The notes under the pieces were generated by a model. It did not search any database, was not told the origin of the DNA, and was given only the letters and a program-made list of their open reading frames with translations. Shown in pieces: positions 12,426 to 24,668 of a stretch of 64,000 nucleotides of DNA (positions are counted from its first letter, which is position 1; every line of letters starts with the position of its first letter). The translations under genes and the position numbers were made by a program. The stretch comes from Octopus vulgaris (taxonomy: Eukaryota): positions 35,526,001-35,590,000 of the forward strand of contig OX597819.1 of assembly GCA_951406725.2 (NCBI GenBank), in the 5' to 3' direction.

Positions 12426-13141
12426 CATTATATATATATACTTTATTTGTGTATTAAGGCTGCCATTGGTTTGATGTTAAGAAAAATTTCAACAGTTTTT
12501 CAAGCCATTCACAGAAAAATTGGTGTTCATCTCCATTTTGGATTAAAACACGAAAAGTAATGGGATGTCTCATGACTGAGATTTTTTAAAAATAAGAAAC
12601 CATTGGTAGCCTTAATAAACAAATAAAAAGTTTTATCCACTAATGTGGTGTTGAGCATTCATTCTTATTTACATGTGTATGTATGTTTGTTTTGTTTTGT
12701 CCTGCAGGGTGTCCAGTGGAAACCACCCACCTTGGTAGGCTTATTGGCTAAACTGATAACTCTGCCAAGCAGGCTCAGTAGGGTTATTTGTTTAGCCACT
12801 GCTGGCTTGACCCTGCAGCAGATACTGAGTTACATGTTATCAGTTGCTCTAAGCTTGATTTTTAACATCTTTGTGTTGCTTACAATGGCTGGCCAAAGTA
12901 AAAAAAAAAAAAAACCCCAAAAAACAAAAACAAAAAAAGGCAAATTACTCAATGAAAAATTCCATGATGGAAATGAAGGCATGTGTCAGTGTGAATGGTA
13001 ACTCACCTGCTGCAAGAGGTGTCCATCATTGCTACATCTGTGCAAGTGTAGGTCACTAGCAGGACTGAAAAATCACATCTGTGCTGCTTTAAGAGAATAA
13101 TCAAGCTATACCATTACTTTAAAATAAATTTGCAGCCAATT

Positions 13142-13174
<33 letters not shown>

Positions 13175-13209
13175 ATCTGTACATATGTACACATACATAG
13201 GTACAAACA

Positions 13210-13528
13210 TGAATGTGTGGTTAGAAGTTTTCTTCACAATCATGTGATTCTGGTTTTGATGTCACTGCCTAGCACAACATCTAGAGCAAGAGTGCTCTAC
13301 ATGTGTCCCATGTTGACTAATATTCCATGAGTGGAATTTTGGTAGGCAGAAAGCATGCAGATGCCTGTCATACATATGTATATTGCATGTATGTATCTAA
13401 GTCCAACAACTTTACAGTTTATCAAAAAGACTGCTAAAGTAAGTATGGGGGTTAATATGACCAACTAAAATCCTTGTTGGAGGTGGTCCAGCGTGGCTGC
13501 AGTTCACTGACTGCATCTAGTAAAAGGA
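13210..13528 (+). mobile_element. Strongly diverged CORE-type SINE
   Basis: Recognisable head and tail segments of the 6273-6610 family. Confidence 0.5.
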
Positions 13529-13751
13529 TATATATATATATATATATATATATAAATGGATGAATGAATTATCCTTTGTTTACCGTTAACATGGAAAATT
13601 CAATAAACAGTTACCAGGGTAGCAAAATTCACTCAAGTAACACAGATGAAGCGACCTATTCAAAGGTAGAAACTCCGGGTTAATGTGCAGTAATTTGTGT
13701 AGTATAAGTAAATAAATGGAGTTGAATGAAGATGTTATTAAAATTCTTTTA

Positions 13752-13833
13752 CTTTCGACATATGTTTCGAAGAAAACATTGGTTTTATTCCAAAGGAATA
13801 AATGGTGTAAAATGCAATCTTCTCATCAGGAAA
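13752..13833 (-). ncRNA. Type I hammerhead ribozyme motif (minus arm)
   Basis: Minus strand TTTC-CTGATGA-GAAGA...TCTTC-GAAAC-ATAT-GTC-GAAA. Confidence 0.7.
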
Positions 13834-13870
13834 TTGTTATAATGTCTTGTTGTTGAGATAGGGTCTCTTT

Positions 13871-13951
13871 CTTTCCTGATGAGAAGATTGCATTTTACAG
13901 TTTATTCCCTTGGAATAAAACCAATGTTGTCTTCGAAACATATGTCGAAAG
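13871..13951 (+). ncRNA. Type I hammerhead ribozyme motif (minimal stem III, extended stem II)
   Basis: Stem I CTTTC/GAAAG, core CTGATGA 13876-13882, stem II GAAGA/TCTTC extended by TTTATTCC/GGAATAAA, GAAAC-ATAT-GTC; predicted cleavage after C13946. Confidence 0.8.
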
Positions 13952-15546
13952 TAAAAGAATTTTAATAACATCTTCGTTCAACTCCATTTATTTACTTTTA
14001 TATATATATATATATATATATAAAAAAAGAATCTTTGCAGAATTTCAAATGGAAATCTTTCTGAGGATGTATTAAGTTTATTTTTCTTTTAATTTCTCGA
14101 GTAGTAAAATTTGAATTATTTATTGTAAACAATCAGTTATTAGTGCATTTGCAAAGTCATTTCATTTTCCATTTATATACTCTTTGTTATCCATTAGTGT
14201 TTACTTGATGTAGATATCTATAGCCTCTTTCTGCTGACCATTATTACCTGTATATATAATTCAATATTTAATAATGGTGTTTCTGTTGTAAACAGTAAAT
14301 GAAATTTATTTAATTTTCAATATTTATCGTTATATTTTGTAAATACACTTTTATATAAATTTCTGGCCAGAAAACGTAGTTTTTGGATCAGGAATAATAT
14401 TCCTTACAAGAAAACTTATGAAATCTGCCAAACTTAACTGGAATTACTCCAGGAGTTTTACAACCAAATATTATCTATAGATTATTTTCTCAGCTGGATA
14501 GTAAAATTGAGCACTGTGAAATTAAGAAAAAGAAAAACAATAGATAAATAAATGTATTTAGCTACAGAAAAGTGTATATTTTAGAATTTCTCTTTTATAT
14601 GAGGTAAACAATAAGAGCTTTATGACCAGTATTGGCTAAAATTCCATTATATTCAATTTTTCAGTAAGTTTTAATGTTGGTGCACTCAAAATATGAGGAA
14701 AACCCTATTTTGATATTTCAAAAATAATTGATAAAAACTTGGGAAGCAAAGAGAATTCAATAAGATCAATGAACAAGCCATTTAAATTGGTTTAATTAAT
14801 AAGTAGATATTAACTAGACAGTGATTTTTAAAAAATTTTTAGTTTAGAATTGCTTGAGTAATATCACTTTATTTTTAATATACATTCCGTAATATTTCTT
14901 TCAAACATTTAACTGTTCAATGGTAAATAATTTTTGTTAAATATAGAATGCACTTGCACTGTAAACTATTTTTAATATTTTCGTGTTGTTTTAATTTCCA
15001 ATTGAATGGTTCTATCGCATTAAGAAACAATATTTCCAAATGGTTCAATCATTCTCTTTATTATAAACATTGATGTTTCCAATTTGTGGGCACCTACGAA
15101 ACATTTCTTTTCAAATTACTATCAGTCTGTTAATTTTTAACTAGCCAGTAATTCTTTTTTCTTACTTTGTACAGATGAAAGAAACAAATGCCCCTTTTTA
15201 GGGGCCCTATATTCTTTTTTTAATTGAAATATTTCTAATTTCACTTCTATCACATTTATATTCTATATCAGTTGTGCAATTACTGTTCTGTTTGCCAATC
15301 CAACAGTGATATATTGATCTGTAAATACATACACAAAAATATCCCCTCCCACTGGTTTTTACAAAATTATAATTAATGAAAAAAACTGAAAGCTACACCT
15401 TCTAATTGTCGTTGTACTGTTTGTATTTCTTTTCATTTACTGTTATGGTTTTGTTTTTATATGAATTTCTCCTAAGGGAGATAATCAAACATAAGGTTAA
15501 TTCCAGTAAACCCATTTGCAACTTGACACATCTGTATACTTGAATC

Positions 15547-15552
15547 AATAAA
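15547..15552 (+). terminator. Candidate polyadenylation signal
   Basis: AATAAA with upstream TGTA and downstream TTGTGTATTTTATT; marks the end of the TE-poor region. Confidence 0.35.
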
Positions 15553-15799
15553 TAATTTTGAATTATTTGTGTATTTTATTACTTGAGGGGTGCAAGTGAA
15601 ATATTTTACAATGCAGTTTACAATTTTTAAACAGCAAAATTATTTTGGTATATGCAAAAAAAAAACAAAAAACAAACTAATTTGAGATATGCAGAGAGAA
15701 ATAAGGTAGTGTGGTTAGGAAGATTAATCTGTTGTTTCAGGTTCAGGTGCCACTGTACAGCACCTTGAGTGACACCCCTTTTTAACTTTAGAACGATTT

Positions 15800-18783
15800 A
15801 CGCCATGCCAGGGAATCTGGTATATAGGTATAAGATCTGGGAAGGTAACAGTGACAGGGCAGGTGGCATGGGCTACTTCTTGAAGAGAAATGGGTGGATA
15901 AGGACATAGAGGTAGCTAGAATGGGCGATAGAGTGCTTAAGCTTAGGTTAGTCTTACAGAACAGTATAGTGACAATTATCTCTGCCTATGTCCCTCAAGT
16001 GGGTCTACCAAATGAATTGAAGGACCATTATAATGGCATTCTTCTTCAGGCTACCTCAAAGACGAGTGACAATGATCTCCTCTTCATAGCTGGGGATTTC
16101 AATGGGCATGTCGGACATCAGTCTGATATCTTCCATAGTAAGGTATGGGGGCCATGGATTTGGCTCCCAAAATGAAGAGGGAACAAGGCTACTGGAGTTC
16201 TGTGATGCAAATAACCTTTTGATTTGAAACACAAACTTCAGGAAGTCAACTACCCACCTGATAACCTACTAATCAGGTGTCTGTGCTAGCCAGATCGATT
16301 ACATTCTCACCAAACAACAGGATGCATGGTTGCTCCTAAGTACAAAGACCCTCCCTGGTGAAGAAATGTAGCTCCCAGCATAGAATAATCATTAGTGACT
16401 TTAGAATCCAGGCCAGAAAGATGCCAAGAAGTAAACCAATCTGGAAAAGAAAGATTTGGAAGCTTAACATGGTCCTAATTGAGAAATTCAATGACAAGGA
16501 GGAGCTAAAGACTTGTGACATAGAGGGCAACTGGGAATCTCAAAGGGACAGCTTGCTGAGTACCACAGACGAAATCTGTGGCTGGTGCTAAGTCCCATTG
16601 AGACATAGTGTAATGTGGTGGTGGAACAATGCAGTAGACAGGACCATTAGAGCTAAGAAACAGCCTGGAAGAATGGGGACAGCAGGGTACTGTATCAGAT
16701 TGCCAGAAGGGATGCTAGGAGACAAGTATATCTAGTTAGGGGAGAAGCAGAAAAGAAGTTTGCCTATATTCAGTGATGTGAGGACCATCGTGATGTCATA
16801 GGAGGGAAATGTGTCCATATAGATGATGGTGCACTTGCATGTAATGATTCTGCAAAGAAAGAGGCTTGGAGATGCTATTTTGAAAGATTGTTGAATGTAC
16901 AGAATGAGTGGAAGGAGGAAAATCTGTCAAATGTTGACCCAAATGAGGGACTGGCTACCCGAATTAACAGTTCCGTGGTAGATAAAGCAATTAAGAATAT
17001 GAAAACAGGAATATCCGCTGAGATGCTTAAAATATCTGGCGGTGTGAGTTATGGTCTAGCCACCCATATTTTAAATTGTGGTTCACAAAGGAGTCATACC
17101 CAATGACTGGTGTAGCAGCACCATAGTTAACTACTACAAAGGTAAAGGTGATGCATTACATAGAAATAATTACAGAGTTATCAAATTGCTGGATCAGGTG
17201 ATGAAAGTTACTGAGAGTGTCAAGCCCAAATAATTACTTAGATGAGATGCAGTTTGGTTTTGTGCCAGGGAGAAGCACCACTGATGCTATATTTCTGGTG
17301 AGGCAGCTGCAGGAGAAATACATCGCCAAAAATAAACCTCTGTTGTTGGCCTTTGTTGAATTGGAGAAAATCTTTGACAGGATCCCCTGATCCCTTACCT
17401 GGTGGTTAATGTGGAGATTAAGGATAGATGAGTGGTTGGTGAGAGCTGTACAAGCTATATACAGGGAGGCTACCAGCAAGCTGAGGGTTGGTAATGAGTA
17501 CAGCAATGAATTCAGGGTACAAGTAGGGGTTCACCAAGGATTGGTGCTCACCCACTCTTGTTCATCAGTCCTCCAAGCAATAACAGAGGAATTTAAGACA
17601 GGCTGCCCCTGGGAGCTCCTCTATTCTGATGATCTTGCTCTTATAGCTGAATCACAACCTGAACTAGAGAAGTTCCAGGTATGAAAGCAAGATCTAAGAA
17701 CCTTAGAGTTAACCCAGCAAAAATGGGTAAGTATGAAGGCAGACAAATCACAAATCCCTTCAGGTAGATGACCCTGCTCAATCTGTAGAAAAGGTATAAG
17801 TAGAAACTCCATAAGATAAGCTTTGGACACATAAAAAGTGCAGCAATGTCAGATGGAGGTTAACATGGAAACAAGCTTTTGTATGTGGAAGTTGCACAGG
17901 TACAATAAATGCTAAAAATGGGCAGAAAATAGACTCCATCAACTGCCAGGGGTACAAGTTAGAGGTAGTAGATAGCTTCTGTTATTTAGGTGACCAAGTT
18001 AGTAGTGGAGGTGGATGCTCTGAGAGCATAGCTGTGAGAATAAGATTAGGCTGGGCAAAGTTCTACCCCTGCTGGCAACAAAGGGCCTCACTCTCAGAGT
18101 GAAAGGCAGATTATTTGATGCCTGTATGCGAACAGCTATGCTGCATGGCAATGAAACATGGGCTGTCAAGGACATGTATAAGCTTGAAAGAAATGAAGCT
18201 AGTATGCTTCGCTGGATGTGCAATGTCTGTACATGTTCGACAGAGTGTAAGCATCTTGAGAGAAAATTTAGGCATAAGAAGCATCAGATGTGGTGTGCAA
18301 GAGAGATGACTGCACTGGTATGGATGAAGACAGTTGTGTAAAGAAGGGTCAGTCTCTAACTGTGGTAGAGGTAGACCCAGGGAGACGTGGAACGAGGTGG
18401 TGAAGCATGATCTTCGAACTTTGAGCCTCGTAGAAGCAATGACTAGTGACAGAGACCTTTGGTGATGTGCTGTGCTTGAGAGGACCTGTCAAGCCAAGTG
18501 CACCCATGCTGGTGGCATGTAAAGAACACCTTTCTAGCATTGGGCCTCATGGAGGCAAAGTGGCTGTGTTCCTCTTGAGAGTTGGGCCTCATAGAGGCAA
18601 TGACCAAAACCTTTGGCATTATGTTGTGCATACAAAGAAGACCCATCAAGCTAAGCAAAATTGTAGTTGTGGCAGACACCGGTGTCATGCAAACTGCCAC
18701 GTAAAAGCACCTTGGTGTCATGCAAATGGCACATAAAAGCAACCATTACACTCTCAGAGTGGTTGGTGTAAGGAAGGGCATCC
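15800..18783 (+). mobile_element. Degenerate RTE-clade LINE (APE endonuclease + reverse transcriptase), 5'-truncated
   Basis: ISAYVPQVG, AGDFNGHVG, SQIDYIL, QFGFVPGRSTTDAIF, VGVHQG, LLYSDDLALIAES and AMLHGNETW motifs broken by stops and frameshifts. Confidence 0.92.
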
Positions 18784-20311
18784 TTTATTTGAAAGAGTTG
18801 GTAACAAGAACATCGTCATTGCTTAATATCCACTTTTCTATGCTTGTATGGATCAGACGAATTTGGAATTTGTTGAGGTAGTTTTTCTTCACGTGGATAG
18901 TATTCCTGTCATCAAATTTCACCAGGTTCGAAGCAAGGTGATATTTCCCCAAGAGCAGATATGTTTTTCATGGAAGTACTGAAAACAAACAACACTGCTT
19001 ATATGACATTGATTTTCATTTACAATCATCACATGATGTCAAAACAAAGGACTTCTTTCAGATTCCATCTACCAAATCCATCCACATGGCTTTGGTTGGT
19101 CCAGGGCTATAATAGAAGACACCTCCATGAGGTACCTCACAGGAGACTAAACGACATGGTCAAGAAGCAAGATTCTTAGCTGCACTGATACACCGATGCT
19201 TATTCCAGAAATTCCTATTTCAACTAAGTCTCTCTCTCAGTCCCAAATGCATACTTGCTTGAAAAAAATGGATGTTAAATAAATGAACAGATGAAGGATC
19301 TGGAAGTTTAAGAAAATCATGCAAAGAAATAGTATTATTAAAAGGCTGATTCAACCTTTCCTTTCCTTTTAAGAGTGTTGTGTATGAACACTCTTGTTTG
19401 TGGTGCTGAAAGGGGGAGGGCGCAAGGAATGTGGCATGTGTGTCAAGGGGGTGGCAGCCTGATAAAGTTTGGGAACTACTGATCTAAATGGTAGGCATGT
19501 TGCACAAATGTGTAGCTTCCTGTTCCACTGGATGATCAGAAGAGCAGAGTCTGTTATAGCAATGGTAGCAAAAAAAAAACAAAACAAAAAAAAAAATGGA
19601 AGAAACAGACCCTCCAAGGACAATTGGTTGTAGCATGGTATTGAGTAAATCTTTTTTTAATTAGCTAGATGGTCACTTGCTTTTAGATGCCGTCTAGAAT
19701 GCTAATGTGTGTACCAATAGCAATGCTCCAGTTATTGGAACAGTATTCAGCCATTGGTCACACCTGATCTTTGTAATGTAAGCAATATGTATATCATCAA
19801 TAATCACCAAACATTCGCTGGGTTGGACACCTTGACAGGAACTAGCAAGGCCAGGGGCCCTCACCAGGTTCCAATCTGTTTTGGTTTGGTTTCTACAGCT
19901 GAATAAAAAATTTGAAGTATCAAAATGTTCAGTGAAATGGGATGAGTTATTGGAGTGTACAATAAAATGATTTGCTGAATTTTTCATGAGTTCAAATCCT
20001 GTCGAGGTAAACTTAGCCTTCTATTCTTTTGGGAGTTAAAAAAATAAAGCACTAGAACAAGGTGGCAGACTGGTGCAATTATCAGTCTTGTAGTACTAAT
20101 TCTTCTAGTTTTAAGTTCTTAGATGATTGACTTTAATTCATTACCCTGCTTAACACTGTTATCTGGGTGTTGGGTGCTTTTAACAAAGTTCAATGTGTTG
20201 CAAATGATTAGACCAAGTTTCTAATTTGAGGTTAACTTCCTCCCACTTAAATTGGAGGCTCTGAAGAAGAAAATAATAAAGGGTAATGGGCACTATTCTT
20301 ACCTGTCTTAA

Positions 20312-20533
20312 CCCTTTCTTTACCGTATTTATTTTGAGATGCTCTGTGTTTCATTCAGTTAATTTTAAATATAACAAAGAATTTAGTGAAAGAACTTAGT
20401 TATCATTAAACTAGTGTTGGGAACATAAATTGTGACTAAGGTTTGGTGGAAGATTTTAATTCGATACTTATGAAAGTAGGACATTTGTACTACAGAGCCA
20501 GAGGCGGTTTTGGCCGGGTTGGTATCAAAAGGG
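20312..20533 (+). mobile_element. piggyBac-like MITE family B
   Basis: TTAA-CCCTTT...AAAGGG-TTAA; reverse copy at 44160-44781. Confidence 0.8.
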
Positions 20534-21261
20534 TTAAGTGGCTAAAAAAAAAAAAGGAAAGAGAAAAAGCAGGAGGAAATATTGAGATAAGCAAGTATGA
20601 TGGATATTTGAAGTACCAGAATGTCTGGTGTAGAAGGATGATGTGAAGTGGGTTGTCTTGAATAAGGAGAAGCTAAGATGGCTTAATAACATGGATAGCC
20701 TAGAAATAATTCAGTAGAAAAGAAGACTGGATGTTAGCAGAATGCTAATTTGACAGAGGCTCTACTCAGCCTTACATTTTCTATGTTAAACTGTGGACCA
20801 AGTTCATTATCATGTTTTTCTATCAGCAGAGAAAGCAATTATAAATACTAGAGTTTTTAGTTGCAGAGTAAATTTCATTTACTGTTAAAAACAAAAAAAA
20901 AAATTATTTATCCATTCATCTTCTCTGCTACTATTCCTTTGAAGGTCACAGAGATAGAGACCCCAGGCAGCTCCTTCATAGGGTCCTATCAGAAGCAATC
21001 ATCATTACATTTTCCTGGTTGGATTCCCAAGTGTGGCCAACTGAGGTTATGGACATTACCCAACCAATTCATTCTTGGTCTATCTCTAAGTCTCCTGTGA
21101 TAATAAGAATATAGTAAAATCTTGCATTATAACATAACAAATGGAAAAATTTTGATTAACTAAACTTATCTATGCAGTTATAGATAAAATTTCTCTGCAT
21201 GATAGATAACCTCAATGACATCAAGCAATTTTTGGAATTTTTTGCTAAATGTAGAAAATAC

Positions 21262-21663
21262 GGATCTTTTCGGTTTGAATGGCAGTTTTTTCTAGCGGTG
21301 TCATATGAAATTGTCACCCATAATTATGACCCTAGTATTGATCTATTGCATTTCAATCTGTTTTAGGGTTAGTTAGGGTAGGGGGAAGGGTATCTTTTTT
21401 TCTTCACAAATGTAAATAAACTCAATCTTGTTCTTAAACGAGGGACATATTCATACGGCACAGAATGCTTTTTAACTCAATAGATGTCACTGATTGGTTG
21501 AAATTGAAGAAAAAAAACAAATATCTTACAAACTATAGAATTTTCTCAATAAAGCCAAGAGAAAAAGATGTTTTATAAACACATTTTACCAGTATACGAA
21601 GTTTAAAATTTTTTAGTTACCTAGAAATTATGTTAAAAACTGCCATTCAAACCGAAAAGATCC
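21262..21663 (+). mobile_element. MITE with ~29-bp TIRs and 8-bp TSD (Merlin- or hAT-like), copy 1
   Basis: GGATCTTTTCGGTTTGAA(C/T)GGCAGTTTTT TIRs; perfect TSD GAAAATAC; internal TTAGGG repeats. Confidence 0.92.
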
Positions 21664-22155
21664 GAAAATACAGTATGGAAGTGGATCCGGTCATTAAAAC
21701 CATCTGGTGAAAGAAGTAGACATATTTAAGTTTTAATCAAACCTCCACACACATTTGGGAAAACTATATAAATAAAATCAAACTACAAAAGAATAGTACT
21801 AATTTATTCACATTTTAGTACAATTAGTTAAAAAAAAAAAATTTAGAAAAAAAAAAAAAGATGAATTACTAGTTCATTAGTTCTGTGGTTTTGTGACTAT
21901 TTTCCATCTTTTATTCCAAAAGACATCCTGTACAGAATATGTGCAGACAGTAAACCACCAGAAGCCATGAGAGCCAGAGAGAAATAGTACATAAATCGAT
22001 CTCGAGTGCCACGCTTTTGCCAAACTAACAATCCATCATCGCGCTACAAAACAAAATTAGAATAAGGTAAGGTAAGTAATCCAAGCAAAGAATGATCACA
22101 TACATACACACGCATTCAAAGTGTTCATAAATTACTGTTGCAGTGTGAAAAATAT

Positions 22156-22186
<31 letters not shown>

Positions 22187-22347
22187 CTAAGGATAACTTA
22201 GCAGAGTTTAATAGCAAAAAGTTTTATTAGAAATATCAGAACACTTCCATGTGAATACAAAACATCCAGATGATATAATACAATAAATTGTAGAAGTTGC
22301 AGAGATAATTTATGAACATCTTGTATGTGAGTGCATGTCTGTGAATA

Positions 22348-22389
<42 letters not shown>

Positions 22390-22511
22390 CACACACACAC
22401 AATGTTTTTAAAGATCATTAACTTAATATTTAAATGTCTTTGATTACACAGACCAATTTCATCTTGGTGTGTGTGTGTGTGTGTGTATGTATGTATATAT
22501 ATATATATATA

Positions 22512-22805
22512 TGAATAAAAAATGGAGTTAACGCAGGTGTAAACAAATATTTTTACTTTCGACACATGTTTCGAAAATTCCACTGATACTATTCAAAAGA
22601 ATAAATGGTATAAACAATGCAATCTTCTCTTCGGGAAAGTGAAAAAAACGAAACTCGTCAATACGACATTTTAGCAAAAAATGGATTTGTATAGCAATAG
22701 ACAGAACGCTATTACTTGTGAGATTTTTGCTGCCCTGGTAACTATTTATTTATTTTTCCATGTTAATTGTTAACAAGGTAAAAATACACTCATCTATTTA
22801 TTTAT
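22512..22805 (-). mobile_element. Penelope-like remnant with hammerhead variant
   Basis: Homologous to 13555-13998; minus strand CTTTC-CCGAAGA-GAAGATT...AATTTTC-GAAAC-ATGT-GTC-GAAAG at 22556-22639. Confidence 0.65.
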
Positions 22806-22887
22806 TTCATCATCATCATCATCATTTAACGTCCGCTTTCCATGCTAGCATGGGTTGGACTATTTATATATATATATATATATATAT

Positions 22888-23060
22888 AAAACACCCACTA
22901 CACTCGCGGAGTGGTTGGCGTTAGGAAGGGCATCCAGCCATAGAAACACTGCCAGATCTGACTGGGCCTGACGAAGCCTTCCAGCTTCACAGACCCCAGT
23001 TGACCCGTCCAACCCATGCTAGCATGGAAAGCGGACGCTAAACGATGATGATGATGATGA
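22888..23060 (+). mobile_element. RTE 3'-tail copy
   Basis: GGAGTGGTTGGCGTTAGGAAGGGCATCCAGC ... (GAT)n. Confidence 0.85.
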
Positions 23061-23337
23061 TATGTATACATATGTGTATATATATTTAGAAGTATGTCTA
23101 AATTGATTTTGGGTAGATATACTTTGTGTGACAAGGAAAAAAAAATAGTCAATGAGTGAAGAAATCATATGAAGATAATGAATAAAGGAAAAGGTATGAA
23201 GTCATTAAGAAAGTTGCAGATTCTTCAGGAAGAAATTAACTGAGGTAATGCAAGCTTTAACATTTTATTCTTTTAATGGTTTTGGCCATTTAATTGCAGC
23301 AATACCTGGGCACTGTTTTAAAAGAGTTTAGTTTATC

Positions 23338-23684
23338 ATACTCTTTTATTCTTTTTTTTTTTTTACAGTCATTTGACTGCAGCCATGCTGGAGCACCGCC
23401 TTTAGTTGAGCAAATCTACCCCAGGACTTATTCTCTCGGTCTCTTTTGCCGAACTGCTAAGTTACGGGGACGTAAATACAGACATACAAACACACACACA
23501 CACACACATATATATATACATATATATGACGGGCTTCTTTCAGTTTCTGTTTACCAAATCCACTCACAAGGCTTTGGTCGGCCCGAGGCAATAGCAGAAG
23601 ACACTTGCCCAAGGTGCCACACAGTGGGACTGAACCCGGAACAATGTGGTTGGTAAGCAAGCTACTTGCCACACAGCCACTCCT
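23338..23684 (-). mobile_element. CORE-type tRNA SINE
   Basis: Reverse complement of the 6273-6610 family. Confidence 0.85.
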
Positions 23685-24339
23685 ACTGATCTTGTTACTT
23701 GTGTTATTGATCTCTATTTATGGCTAAGTTGCCTTCTAATATAAGGGAAGCTACTTGACACCCTAGTATAAATATTCACACATTATGTATGTGTTTTTAG
23801 ACTACAAATCAAAAACAACAAAACAGAACATTAACTGAACGATACAGAACTCAATATATGAGACTTTTGACAAAACCTTGCCTTTCAAATTACACACACA
23901 GACACATGAAGGGTTTCTGCAGTTTCCTTCTGCCACATTCCACTCACAACATCCTGGACAATCTGAATACACTTGCTCAAGGTATCACACTATGGGATTG
24001 AACCCGAGTCCACATAACTACAAAACAAACTTAACCACACAGCTATACCTGTACCAATGCTTTATGTAACATTAGTCACTGACTCAACAGTGTTAAGTAA
24101 GACAATATCATGATTAACTACTAAACAGTAGGATAGTACCATTATTAACACCTACATAAACAAAGTGAGATAATAGAGGGAGAAAGAAGGAATTACATAT
24201 TCCTTGACCAAATGTACATAGAGCCAGACAAGATATAGTGAGTTTAGAGGAGATGCAATCTGGTTTTCAATGATACAGTTATTCACATTTTACATTTTTA
24301 AGTTACAAAAAGATTTTGTAAGCAATAACATTTTTAAGT

Positions 24340-24668
24340 ACATCAACATCAAAAAATCAATGGAAATTGTAGTTGTGATCCCTGTGCCGGTGGCATGTAA
24401 AAAGCACCATCCGAACATGGCCAATGCCAGCGCCACCTTGACTGGCTTCCGTCAAGCACCAATCCGATTGTGGCCATTGCCAGCCTTGCCTGGTACGTAA
24501 AAAGCACCCACTACACTCATGGAGTGGTTGGCATTAGGAGGGTCATCCAGCTGTAGAAACACTGCCAGAACAGACTGGAGCCTGGTGCAGCCTTCTGGCT
24601 TCCCAGATCCCGGTCAAACCGTCCAACCCATGCTAGCATGGAAAGCGGACGTTAAACGATGATGATGA
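24340..24668 (+). mobile_element. RTE 3'-tail copy
   Basis: Colinear with 4290-4666. Confidence 0.85.

Larger units (their letters stand above)
13555..13998. mobile_element. Penelope-like non-autonomous remnant with inverted terminal-repeat arms, embedded in (TA)n
   Basis: Inverted repeat 13706-13833 / 13872-13997, each arm with a hammerhead motif; (TA)n on both flanks; related copy at 22512-22805. Confidence 0.7.
8566..15570 (+). other. Putative long 3' UTR
   Basis: AT-rich, comparatively TE-poor stretch after the stop; several TGTA(A/T)ATA motifs; ends at AATAAA with a downstream GT/T-rich tract. Confidence 0.4.

Noticed and set aside
12645-13001. 118-aa ORF with hydrophobic stretch and a possible acceptor at 12708
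   Set aside because: Non-ATG start, poly-A-derived lysines, no recognisable domain; lies in the putative UTR
22905-22950. Possible twister ribozyme next to GGTTGGCGTTAGGAAGGGCATCC
   Set aside because: The GGTCCCAAGCCC-type twister core is not present upstream in any copy
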